Assembly: GCA_036007105.1 (NCBI GenBank)
Contig: DASYPC010000409.1
Span: 1 to 28,222 of the forward strand
Direction of reading: 5' to 3'
Source: Burkholderiales bacterium
GTDB lineage: Bacteria; Pseudomonadota; Gammaproteobacteria; Burkholderiales; SG8-39
Length of the DNA: 28,222 nt
Made by a program: the position numbers and the translations under genes
In this document: positions 1 through 8,055 of the stretch, piece by piece
How the letters are laid out: each line of letters begins with the position of its first letter
Position numbering within the stretch: the stretch's first letter is position 1
Notes under the pieces: model-generated
Seen by the model: the letters and a program-made list of their open reading frames with translations, nothing else
Databases searched by the model: none
Told to the model about the DNA's origin: nothing

Positions 1-1
1 G

Positions 2-688
2 GACATGAAGACGACCGAGCTCGACACGGGGATCGGCAAGCTCTCCGCCCAGCTCGACCTCAGGACCGACCATGGAACCGGAACGTTGCGCGCGTTGCTG
101 CGCGAGGCCGACGTGTTCTCGCAGTCGTACCGGCCGGGCACGCTCGCCGCGCGCGGTTTCTCGCCGCAGGACGCTGCGAGCCTCCGCCCTGGAATCGTCT
201 GTGTTTCGCTTAGCGCCTGGGGCGATACGGGCCCATGGCGCAACCGGCGCGGATTCGACAGCATCGTGCAGACCGTGAGCGGCATGGCGCTGGAAAGCGG
301 GGAGAAGCCGCGCTACATGCCGGTGTCGGCGATCGATTATGTGAGCGGGTACCTGATGGCCTTCGGCGCGATGGTTGCGCTTGCGCGCCGCGTCCGGGAG
401 GGCGGGAGCTGGCTGGTGCGCGTCTCGCTTGTGCGCACCGGGCGCTGGATCGTCGATTGCGGCGATTCGGGTGCAGCGACGCTCGCCAACTTGCCCGTCG
501 AGCTTCCGCAGGCAGAGATCGATGGCCTCACCTCCGAGATCGATGCGCCGGCGGGGCGCGTGCGCCATCTGAAGCCGGTGCTCGAGATGTCGGAGACGCC
601 GCCGCGCTGGATTCGCCCGCCGGTTCCTGCGGGTCATCACCGCGCCGAATGGCCGTCTGGATCAAAGAACCGGGAGGAAATCGCGTGA
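2..688 (+). CDS. CoA-transferase family III (CaiB/BaiF-like), 5'-truncated by window edge
   Basis: Frame is open from the window start. Segments GKLSAQLDLR, ADVFSQSYRPG, GIVCVSLSAWGDTGPWRNRRGFDSIVQTVSG and DYVSGYLMAFG are typical of CaiB/BaiF domains. The Met at 5 is probably internal. Confidence 0.85.
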   Translation, partial: DMKTTELDTGIGKLSAQLDLRTDHGTGTLRALLREADVFSQSYRPGTLAARGFSPQDAASLRPGIVCVSLSAWGDTGPWRNRRGFDSIVQTVSGMALESGEKPRYMPVSAIDYVSGYLMAFGAMVALARRVREGGSWLVRVSLVRTGRWIVDCGDSGAATLANLPVELPQAEIDGLTSEIDAPAGRVRHLKPVLEMSETPPRWIRPPVPAGHHRAEWPSGSKNREEIA

Positions 689-2178
689 TCGGGAACCGAC
701 TGTCTCGCTGTTCGGTTGTGCTCGTCATTGCCAGCCTGCTGGGTGCGGGCTGCGCTAGCCGGCATGCAGCCGACGGGCTTTCGAGAATCGAGCATGTCGT
801 CGTGATCTACGCCGAGAACCGCAGCTTCGATCATCTGTACGGGTTTTTTCCCGGCGCCGAAGGCATCGCGAATGCAACCGCGGAGCAGAAAACGCAGATC
901 GATCACGATGGCGGGCCGTTGCCGCACCTGCCGCCCGTGTACGAGCACGGCCACGCGAGCAAGCGATATCCGGAGAAGCTGCCGAACGGGCCTTTCCAGA
1001 TCGACGCGCCGCCGATCAACGGTCGGATGGACGAGGTGCTGCCGAGCCCGATCCACGCCTACTATCACAACATCGAGCAGATCAACGGCGGTCGCAACAA
1101 CCGGTTTGTCGCAATGACGACCGCCGGCGCCTGGGCCCTGGGGTCTTTCGACGGCTCGAAGATGAAGCTGTGGCAGTGGGCCAAGGAGTACACGCTCGCG
1201 GATCATTTCTTCATGGGCGCGTTCGGCGGCTCGTACCTCAACCACCAGTGGCTGATTTGCGCCTGTACGCCGATGGATCCCGGCGCACCGGCTGCTGTGC
1301 GACCGCAACTCGACGAAAAAGGCAACCTGAAGAAGAAGCCTGGCTCGCCCGCCTCGGTGCTGCAAGGGCCCGTCGACGTGTTCGACGGCCGGGTCACACC
1401 CGACGGCTATCTCGTCAACACTTCGCAGCCGCCGTACCAGCCGAGCGGCTTTGCGCCGGCAGCGGGCGGAAGCGTCGATCTCGCGGACCCGGCGCGCCAT
1501 CCGACGCCCGCGTTCAGGGAAAAAACCCTGGGCGACACGCTGTCGGCGAAAGGCGTGAGCTGGGTCTGGTACGCGGGCGGCTGGAACGACGCACTCGCCG
1601 ACGGCCGGCGCGACGCGAAGGAAAAACGCTCGGTGATCTACAACCGGGACCAGGGCAGCCCGAACTTCCAGCCGCATCACCAGCCTTTCAACTACTACGC
1701 GCGCTTCGCGCCGGGGACGCCGGATCGCGCGCGTCACCTCAAGGATCTCGCTGACTTCGAGCGCGACATCGAGCGCGGAACGCTGCCGCAGGTCGTGTTC
1801 TACAAGCCGACAGGGCGCGTCAACGAGCACCCGAGCTACACCGACCTCGCTTCCGGGGACGAGCACATGCACGACCTTCTGACGCGGCTGCGCAAGAGCC
1901 CGCAGTGGCCGAAGATGGCGGTGATCGTGACCTACGACGAGAACGGCGGGTTCTGGGACCACGTGCCGCCACCCGCGGGGCCGGGATGGGGCGATCGCTG
2001 GGGACCCGGCACGCGCGTGCCGGCGCTGATCATCTCGCCGCACGCGAAGCGCGGCTTCGTCGACCAGACGCCCTACGACACGACGTCGATCATCAAGTTC
2101 ATCACGCGGCGCTTCGCGCTCGAGCCGCTGCCGGGCGTGCGGCCGAACGCAGGAGATCTCGTCAACGCGTTCGACTAG
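685..2178 (+). CDS. acpA: Acid phosphatase AcpA / phosphoesterase family lipoprotein
   Basis: GTG at 685 overlaps the upstream stop (GTGA) and follows GGGAGG. Signal peptide ends in lipobox LGAG-C. Family motifs IEHVVVIYAENRSFDH, GGSYLNH, HQPFNY, TYDENGGFWDHV and GPGTRVP are present. Confidence 0.88.
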   Translation: MIGNRLSRCSVVLVIASLLGAGCASRHAADGLSRIEHVVVIYAENRSFDHLYGFFPGAEGIANATAEQKTQIDHDGGPLPHLPPVYEHGHASKRYPEKLPNGPFQIDAPPINGRMDEVLPSPIHAYYHNIEQINGGRNNRFVAMTTAGAWALGSFDGSKMKLWQWAKEYTLADHFFMGAFGGSYLNHQWLICACTPMDPGAPAAVRPQLDEKGNLKKKPGSPASVLQGPVDVFDGRVTPDGYLVNTSQPPYQPSGFAPAAGGSVDLADPARHPTPAFREKTLGDTLSAKGVSWVWYAGGWNDALADGRRDAKEKRSVIYNRDQGSPNFQPHHQPFNYYARFAPGTPDRARHLKDLADFERDIERGTLPQVVFYKPTGRVNEHPSYTDLASGDEHMHDLLTRLRKSPQWPKMAVIVTYDENGGFWDHVPPPAGPGWGDRWGPGTRVPALIISPHAKRGFVDQTPYDTTSIIKFITRRFALEPLPGVRPNAGDLVNAFD

Positions 2179-2185
2179 GGCTGGG

Positions 2186-2638
2186 CTACGGCACCGACTG
2201 CAGGTTCACCAGCTGGATGCTGCCGCGGATCACGCGATAGAGGAGCCAGAACCAGGTCAGCAGCATCCCGATCGCCCCCAGCGTCGCGAGGCCGATCATC
2301 GAAAAGATCGTGCTCCACGCGAGCACCCATTCGCCCGATGCGGTGGGATTGCGAATGACTGCGTGGATGACCGGCCATGCGCTCCAGAGCAGCGTGCACA
2401 CGCTGAGCAGGTTCCAGAGCAGTCCGTACCAGAACGTGCGGATCAGCCAGTCGTGATGGCTGTCGACGAGGCCGCCGTGCGCATCGCCGCGCTTGACATA
2501 GTTGATGACCAGGCCGATCAGTGCCGGCCACATCATCACCGTGAGGTACCCGATCCCGTGCAGGACGTATGCAATCCACGCGGCGTCCCTGCCTTGCGCG
2601 GGGTCGACCGATGATGCGCTAACCGGCTGTGTGCTCAC
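2186..2638 (-). CDS. Small integral membrane protein (DUF4870/COG3671-like), function unknown
   Basis: Three to four hydrophobic helices and the pattern INYVKRGD...SHHDWLIRTFW. GTG at 2638 chosen over ATG 2692 because GGAGG (2649-2653) precedes it and a TACGAT -10-like hexamer lies at 2664-2669. Confidence 0.7.
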   Translation of the reverse strand: MSTQPVSASSVDPAQGRDAAWIAYVLHGIGYLTVMMWPALIGLVINYVKRGDAHGGLVDSHHDWLIRTFWYGLLWNLLSVCTLLWSAWPVIHAVIRNPTASGEWVLAWSTIFSMIGLATLGAIGMLLTWFWLLYRVIRGSIQLVNLQSVP

Positions 2639-2718
2639 GAGGCTGCGACCTCCCTGGTCGCGCATCGTAGCGTAATCGGGCGGCGGCGGCATGGCCGCCG
2701 CCCCGACTGCCGCTTCGG

Positions 2719-3348
2719 CTAGCCGCTGCGCGAAGTCGGCGGCGTGTTCTTTTCGGCCAGGCGCTTCAGCAGCCCCTCGACGCCCGACTGCCGCGTGACC
2801 TGCTCGAACTCGGAGCGGTACGTGAGCACGAGGCTCATTCCCTCGACGTTGATGTCGTAGATTTTCCAGCCTTCGGGAGTCTTGCGCATCGCGTAGTCGA
2901 CGTGCACCGGCGGCTGTCCAGGGCGCATGTACTGGTTGCGCACGGTCACGTCGGTGGCCCCGGCCGGCGTGCTGACCGGCTGCACCTGCATCGTCTGGCC
3001 GCGATAGACGTCGATCGCGTTCGAATAGATCCGCACCAGCATGGCGCGGAATTCATCGACCAGCTTTTTCTGCTGCTCGGGCGTCGCGGCCGACCATGCC
3101 TTGCCGACGGCGAGCTTCGTCGCCTCGGCGAAATCGATGTGCGGCATGACCTTCTGCTCGGCGAGCGCGAGCGCTTTCTGGCGATCGCCGGCCTGCAGCG
3201 CCTTGTCGCTCTTGATCGCGGCGAGCACGTCCTCGGTGACCTTGCGCACCATGTCCTCGGGCTTCATTTCCTGGGCGAACGCCACCGAGAAAGCGAGGGC
3301 GAGGATGAATCCTGACAGGCGTGTGAGATTCATGCGTGCGACATTCAT
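2719..3348 (-). CDS. mlaC: MlaC/Ttg2D family phospholipid-binding periplasmic protein
   Basis: AAGGAGG SD before ATG 3348. Signal peptide, then PHIDFAEATKLAVGKAW, QQKKLVDEF and WKIYDINVEGMSLVLTYRSEF. Confidence 0.88.
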   Translation of the reverse strand: MNVARMNLTRLSGFILALAFSVAFAQEMKPEDMVRKVTEDVLAAIKSDKALQAGDRQKALALAEQKVMPHIDFAEATKLAVGKAWSAATPEQQKKLVDEFRAMLVRIYSNAIDVYRGQTMQVQPVSTPAGATDVTVRNQYMRPGQPPVHVDYAMRKTPEGWKIYDINVEGMSLVLTYRSEFEQVTRQSGVEGLLKRLAEKNTPPTSRSG

Positions 3349-3459
3349 GTGGCCTCCTTGGGGGTGGTTGAGTAACGGCTCCGCCCCGGATTCGTTGACT
3401 CCTAGGCTTCGGCCGCGATCCGGGGAATAAGTTCCGCCCAGCGGTGGATTTCGTCGCTT

Positions 3460-3482
3460 GCGGGCGACCGCCCCCGCCTTTT
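3460..3482 (+). terminator. Candidate intrinsic terminator-like hairpin in the mlaC-bdhA intergenic region
   Basis: GCGGGC-gacc-G(cc bulge)CCCGC followed by CTTTT. The stem is short and bulged, and the upstream transcript is unknown. Confidence 0.3.
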
Positions 3483-3535
3483 GAATGTAAGTTCGCATAC
3501 CATCGCCCGACCATGCACCAGTACGGGGAGGCATC

Positions 3536-4318
3536 ATGTTCAAGGGTAAAACCGCTCTCGTGACGGGGTCCACGTCGGGCATCGGACTGGGAATCGCGCG
3601 CAGACTGGCCGCCGGCGGCGCGAACCTCGTCCTCAACGGTTTCGGCGCTGCGGGCGAGATCGAAAAGCTGCGCGCGGGCCTCGCCAGCGAGCACGAAGTC
3701 GCCGTCGCCTACGACGGCGCCGACATGAGCAAGGCCGAGGCGATCGAAGCCATGATGCGCAACGCGATCGCGCGCTTCGGCTCGGTCGATCTGCTGGTCA
3801 ACAACGCAGGGATCCAGCACGTCGCGCCGATCGATGAATTCCCGCTCGATCAATGGAACGCGATCATCGCGATCAACCTGTCGGCGACGTTTCACACCAC
3901 CCGGATCGCGCTCGCAGCGATGAAGAAGAAGCGCTGGGGCCGGATCGTCAACATCGCTTCGGCGCACGCGCTGGTCGCGAGCCCGTTCAAGTCCGCGTAT
4001 GTCGCGGCCAAGCACGGGGTCGCCGGGTTCACCAAGGCAGCCGCGCTCGAAGTGGCGGAGCAGGGCATCACGGTCAACGCGATCTGTCCCGGCTACGTGC
4101 GCACACCGCTCGTGGAAAAGCAGATTCCCGACCAGGCGAAGGCTCGCGGCATTTCGGAGCAGCAGGTCATTCGCGACGTGCTGCTTGCAGTCCAGCCGAC
4201 CCGGCAGTTCGTCACGGTCGAGCAGGTGGCGGCGCTGACCGCGTTCCTATGCACGGACGAAGCCGCTTCGATCACGGGCGCCATGCTGCCGATCGACGGC
4301 GGATGGACCGCGCAGTGA
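3536..4318 (+). CDS. bdhA: D-3-hydroxybutyrate dehydrogenase (SDR family)
   Basis: TGSTSGIG Rossmann motif, LVNNAGIQHVAPI, catalytic YVAAK, NAICPGYVRTPLVEKQI and DGGWTAQ. GGAGG SD present. Confidence 0.92.
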   Translation: MFKGKTALVTGSTSGIGLGIARRLAAGGANLVLNGFGAAGEIEKLRAGLASEHEVAVAYDGADMSKAEAIEAMMRNAIARFGSVDLLVNNAGIQHVAPIDEFPLDQWNAIIAINLSATFHTTRIALAAMKKKRWGRIVNIASAHALVASPFKSAYVAAKHGVAGFTKAAALEVAEQGITVNAICPGYVRTPLVEKQIPDQAKARGISEQQVIRDVLLAVQPTRQFVTVEQVAALTAFLCTDEAASITGAMLPIDGGWTAQ

Positions 4319-4331
4319 GAGAAGGCCCTCC

Positions 4332-5447
4332 ATGTTGACAATGGCGGGCGAAGGCCCGGAACTCCCTGGGCAGCTGGTGCTCGTGCTGCAGGGAGGAGGC
4401 GCCCTCGGCGCCTACCAGGTCGGTGTGTTTCAGGCGCTGCACGAGTCAGGCCTCGAACCCGACTGGGTGATCGGCACATCGATTGGCGCGATCAATGGCG
4501 CGATCATCGCTGGCAACCCGCCGGATCAGCGCATGCTCCGCCTGGAGACGTTCTGGAATCATGTCCGCAACGCCGGCGAGTTCGAGTTGCCGTCGCCATG
4601 GCCCGGGCTCGGCCACCTGTTCACGAGTTTTGCGACGGTCACGCAAGGCGTTCCGAAGTTCTTTACCCCGCGGTCGCCGGCATGGGGCGGTCTCAACGCG
4701 CCGCTCGGTGTCGACGCCGCGTCGTACTACTCGACCGAGCCGCTGCGCGAGACGCTTTCCGAGCTGGTGGATTTCGGCTACCTGAACGCGCCGCAAGAGC
4801 CGATGCGACTGACCGTCGGCGCGGTCAACGTGCGCGACGGCACGATGCACTATTTCGACAGCCGCGACGAGGCGCTCTGCATCGAGCACGTCATGGCCTC
4901 GGGTGCGTTGCCGCCAGCGTTTCCGGCGATTCGCGTCGCGGGCGAGCCGTATTGGGACGGCGGCCTCTATTCGAATACGCCGCTCGAGGCCGTGCTCGAT
5001 GATTACCCTCGCAAGGACTCGGTGATCTTCATGGTGAACGTGTGGCAGCAGAGCGGCCCCGAGCCGGAATCGATCTGGCAGGTGATGGGCCGGCAGAAGG
5101 ACATCCAGTACGCGAGCCGCACCGAAAGCCACCTCGCGAAACAGAAGCAGATCCACCACCTGCGCCACATCGTGCGCGAGCTGGCGCGCCAGGTGCCCGA
5201 GGACCAGCGCGCTTCGCCCGAGTTCTCGGAGCTCACGTCCTGGGGCTGCCATACGACGATGCACGTCGTGCGGATGCTCGCGCCGCGGCTCGACGGCGAG
5301 GATTACACCAAGGACATCGACTTCACCGCTGCCGGAATCGGCGCGCGGCGCGACGCCGGCTACGCCGAAACCAGGCGGATGATCGAGCGCTCGCCGTGGC
5401 GCGCGCCGGTCGATCCGATGCAGGGCGTGATCGTCCACGAAGGGTAG
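4332..5447 (+). CDS. Patatin-like phospholipase/esterase with DUF3734-like C-terminus
   Basis: GGGALG oxyanion motif, GTSIG nucleophile elbow and DGG catalytic Asp. C-terminal QKDIQYASRT...KDIDF segment is typical of DUF3734-type patatins. Confidence 0.88.
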   Translation: MLTMAGEGPELPGQLVLVLQGGGALGAYQVGVFQALHESGLEPDWVIGTSIGAINGAIIAGNPPDQRMLRLETFWNHVRNAGEFELPSPWPGLGHLFTSFATVTQGVPKFFTPRSPAWGGLNAPLGVDAASYYSTEPLRETLSELVDFGYLNAPQEPMRLTVGAVNVRDGTMHYFDSRDEALCIEHVMASGALPPAFPAIRVAGEPYWDGGLYSNTPLEAVLDDYPRKDSVIFMVNVWQQSGPEPESIWQVMGRQKDIQYASRTESHLAKQKQIHHLRHIVRELARQVPEDQRASPEFSELTSWGCHTTMHVVRMLAPRLDGEDYTKDIDFTAAGIGARRDAGYAETRRMIERSPWRAPVDPMQGVIVHEG

Positions 5448-5488
5448 ACTTGCCCGCGGTTGAGGCAGAAGACGCGCAGGGAGGGACG

Positions 5489-7135
5489 ATGAACGGGCAG
5501 GAAGCAAAGCGCACGGTCCGGCAATTCCGTCAGATCGTGCTCTGGCCGTTGCAGCTGATGCCGCTTCGCGAGAGCGCGCAGATCCAGCAGCACTGGGATG
5601 TGCTGGATCTCGATTGTCCCTGGCGCGAAGTAAAAGACGAATTCGGCGATCCCGCCCACTTTCAGGTCCGCCACTACAGCGAGTTCGTCACCTTCCTGCC
5701 GCACGTGCAGCGGTTCCTGTACGGCGAAGGCGCGGCGCGCGGCCGGGCAGGCACCGATTCGCCGATCCGCGTGTACCGACGCTCGGACATCGCGCAGGTG
5801 CGGCTGACTTTTCCCGGCGACGAGCAGAATCCGCTGCTGTGCGAGGTGGCGCATGTCGATCTTTACTTCTTCTACGACATCGATGTCGTCATCCTCGCGG
5901 TCGAAATCGCCGCGTCTGATATCGACCTGTCGCGTGCGCAGGAGACGCTCTACCGTGTCGGGCGCGCCTATCCGACGCATTGGGAAGCCGACGGCACGGG
6001 CGGCCACTGCCTGAAGCGGGTCGAGTGGCTCTCGGCGGAAGGCAAGGTGCTTTCGGTCTCCGACTACGAGCGGCGCGACAAGTACCTTGCCCACGTGTGC
6101 CAGTACCGCGCCGCCGAGATCGCCTCGCACTGGGACTTCGTGATGCGGCCGTTCGTGCATCATCACTCGGACGACGTAGGGCCGATCCGCTTCCGGCTGG
6201 TCGAATACCACCGCATGCCGATTCTTGGCTACCTCGCGATGGAGGACGAGCGGCAAGTCACGCGAGCGGATTTCGTGCGGCTTGGGCTGGTCGCCGGCGC
6301 AGGAGATCCCGCGGAGCTGCCGTTTTCCGAGCGGCACCTGCGCGACTTCGAGTACCGGTTCTGCTACGACCGCTACTGGGACGAGGCGCGCGAAGGCTCG
6401 CGCGGTTCGCGCTACATGTGCTGCGGGCATGCGTTCATCCTGATGGGCGATGCGTCCGATCGCTTCTTCGCCGATCGCTCGATCGGCCTGCTCGAGCAGT
6501 TCCGCCACCAGTACTTCCTGATCTTTCTGATCGCGCATTTCCACAAGGCGGCGCTGCTGATGCTCTCGGACCGCCTGGTGGAGGCGCTCAACCGGCTCGA
6601 CATCCAGGACACCGAATCGGTCCGGCGCTTCAAGCGTAGCATCCGGAGCATGAAGGAGATCTTCCTGCGCTTCACGCATCGCTATTGGTTTCACGAGCTG
6701 TCCGACCAGCCGCAGGCGAAGGCCGTGTACCGCATGTGCCGCGAGTTCCTCGGCACCGACAGCCTGTACAACGAGGTGCGCGAGGAAATCCAGGACATGA
6801 GCGAGTATCTGGACAGCGACGCCTTGCGGCGGCAGGCGAACACCGTGGTGCGACTGACCGTGGTGACCGTATTCGGGCTGATCGGCACCGTGACCACCGG
6901 ATTCCTCGGCATGAACTTGATCGCAGAGGCGGACAATCCGCTCTGGTTGAAGCTGGTCTACTTCACGGTGGTCGCGGTACCGACTGTCTGGCTCACCGTC
7001 TACACGATGGTCAAGTCGAAGCGCCTGTCCGATTTCCTCGAAGCGCTGTCGGACGAGCGGCTGAGCGCGCGCGCGAAGCTCGGCGCGCTGCTCGACGTCT
7101 GGCGAACGCGGAGAGAGGAGCGGGCCGCGAAGTAG
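5489..7135 (+). CDS. Atypical long CorA-like membrane protein (548 aa)
   Basis: GGAGGG SD before ATG 5489. C-terminal two TM helices are joined by GFLGMNL (CorA GMN signature). The ~450 aa soluble N-terminal part is not recognised. Confidence 0.7.
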   Translation: MNGQEAKRTVRQFRQIVLWPLQLMPLRESAQIQQHWDVLDLDCPWREVKDEFGDPAHFQVRHYSEFVTFLPHVQRFLYGEGAARGRAGTDSPIRVYRRSDIAQVRLTFPGDEQNPLLCEVAHVDLYFFYDIDVVILAVEIAASDIDLSRAQETLYRVGRAYPTHWEADGTGGHCLKRVEWLSAEGKVLSVSDYERRDKYLAHVCQYRAAEIASHWDFVMRPFVHHHSDDVGPIRFRLVEYHRMPILGYLAMEDERQVTRADFVRLGLVAGAGDPAELPFSERHLRDFEYRFCYDRYWDEAREGSRGSRYMCCGHAFILMGDASDRFFADRSIGLLEQFRHQYFLIFLIAHFHKAALLMLSDRLVEALNRLDIQDTESVRRFKRSIRSMKEIFLRFTHRYWFHELSDQPQAKAVYRMCREFLGTDSLYNEVREEIQDMSEYLDSDALRRQANTVVRLTVVTVFGLIGTVTTGFLGMNLIAEADNPLWLKLVYFTVVAVPTVWLTVYTMVKSKRLSDFLEALSDERLSARAKLGALLDVWRTRREERAAK

Positions 7136-7154
7136 AGCCCCGTGTTCTTCCTCG

Positions 7155-8018
7155 CTACGAACGGAACTCCGGGATGTCGGGCCGCGAGCCCCACATGCAG
7201 AACGACTCGGGCGCGAACGGAAACTGGCGCGGCCGGTAGCCGGGCTCTTCTTCCGGCTTGATCAGGCGCACACCGGTCGAATACTCGTACACCATTCCGT
7301 CGGGTCCCTCGAAGTACAGAAACACCGCGCCCGATGTCGGGTGTCGTCCCGGTCCGAAGACGATTCGGACGCCGCGCTCGCGCAGGAAATAGTACGAGCG
7401 CATGACGTCGTCCACGCCATGCACCTGGTGGTTCACGTGCTGCACGCCCGCGTGCCGCGATGGAAACAGCGCGATCCGGTGGTGTACTTCGTCGATGCGC
7501 AGCAGCGGCGCGGCGCCGATCCGATCCGAGACGCGGGCGTTCATGACGCTCGTCCAGAATCCTTCATCCCGCACCGGGTCGGTGCTGCGCAGGCCAATGT
7601 GGGAGAAGCTCCACACGCCGCAGTCGCGCGAGGCGCAAAAGCGCGTCGTGCCCGCGCGTGGACCCACGACCAGCTCGTGGCGATTGCCGCTTGGATCATT
7701 GAACGCGATGAAGTCATCGACGTAGCGTTTCTCGCATTCCGCGCGCGTGCCGCGGTGCACGCGGACCTGCATCGATTCGAGATTCGCTGCCGCAGCGTCG
7801 AGCGCGGCCGGGTCCGCTGCCTCCCAGCCGGTCGCGTGATCCACGGGATCGCCTTCGACATAGGCCAGCGTGTGATCGCGGTCGTCGCCGCGGAAATACA
7901 CCGAGGCGCCCTCGCGGCGTACGAACTCGAGGCCGAGAATGTTGCGCGCGTACTCGCCGGCGACCTCGAGATCGCGAGTGCCGAGACGTACGTAACGCAA
8001 GGCCCTGAGCTCGATCAT
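7155..8018 (-). CDS. VOC-family extradiol ring-cleavage dioxygenase (CmtC-like)
   Basis: LRYVRLG start, FSHIGL, VHHRIAL, VQHVNHQV, GPGRHPTSG and YFEGPDGMVYEYS carry the His/His/Glu Fe ligands and the catalytic His/Tyr. Start may be 8018 (preferred) or 8042. Confidence 0.82.
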   Translation of the reverse strand: MIELRALRYVRLGTRDLEVAGEYARNILGLEFVRREGASVYFRGDDRDHTLAYVEGDPVDHATGWEAADPAALDAAAANLESMQVRVHRGTRAECEKRYVDDFIAFNDPSGNRHELVVGPRAGTTRFCASRDCGVWSFSHIGLRSTDPVRDEGFWTSVMNARVSDRIGAAPLLRIDEVHHRIALFPSRHAGVQHVNHQVHGVDDVMRSYYFLRERGVRIVFGPGRHPTSGAVFLYFEGPDGMVYEYSTGVRLIKPEEEPGYRPRQFPFAPESFCMWGSRPDIPEFRS

Positions 8019-8025
8019 CCGAATG

Positions 8026-8031
8026 ATCTTA
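8026..8031 (-). promoter_or_regulatory. Putative -10 (TAAGAT) 7 nt before the dioxygenase ATG; leaderless-type
   Basis: TAAGAT-cattcgg-ATG on the minus strand, with no SD. Confidence 0.5.
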
Positions 8032-8043
8032 GACGCTTTCATC

Positions 8044-8049
8044 TATAGT
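8044..8049 (+). promoter_or_regulatory. Putative -10 (TATAGT) 6 nt before the sulfatase ATG; leaderless-type
   Basis: TATAGT-agcgcg-ATG, with no SD. Confidence 0.55.
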
Positions 8050-8055
8050 AGCGCG

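Noticed and set aside
235-684. N-terminal extensions in the ORF track (acpA from 235, CorA-like from 5042, mlaC from 3636, tctE from 27070, uvrA from 16129)
   Set aside because: They overlap neighbouring genes or promoters. Downstream starts with an SD, signal peptide or canonical N-terminus fit better.
4332-5447. Patatin as a CBASS/CapV-type defence effector, possibly paired with the CorA-like gene
   Set aside because: No CD-NTase, Cap or other defence gene nearby. The bdhA link and DUF3734-like tail point to metabolism.
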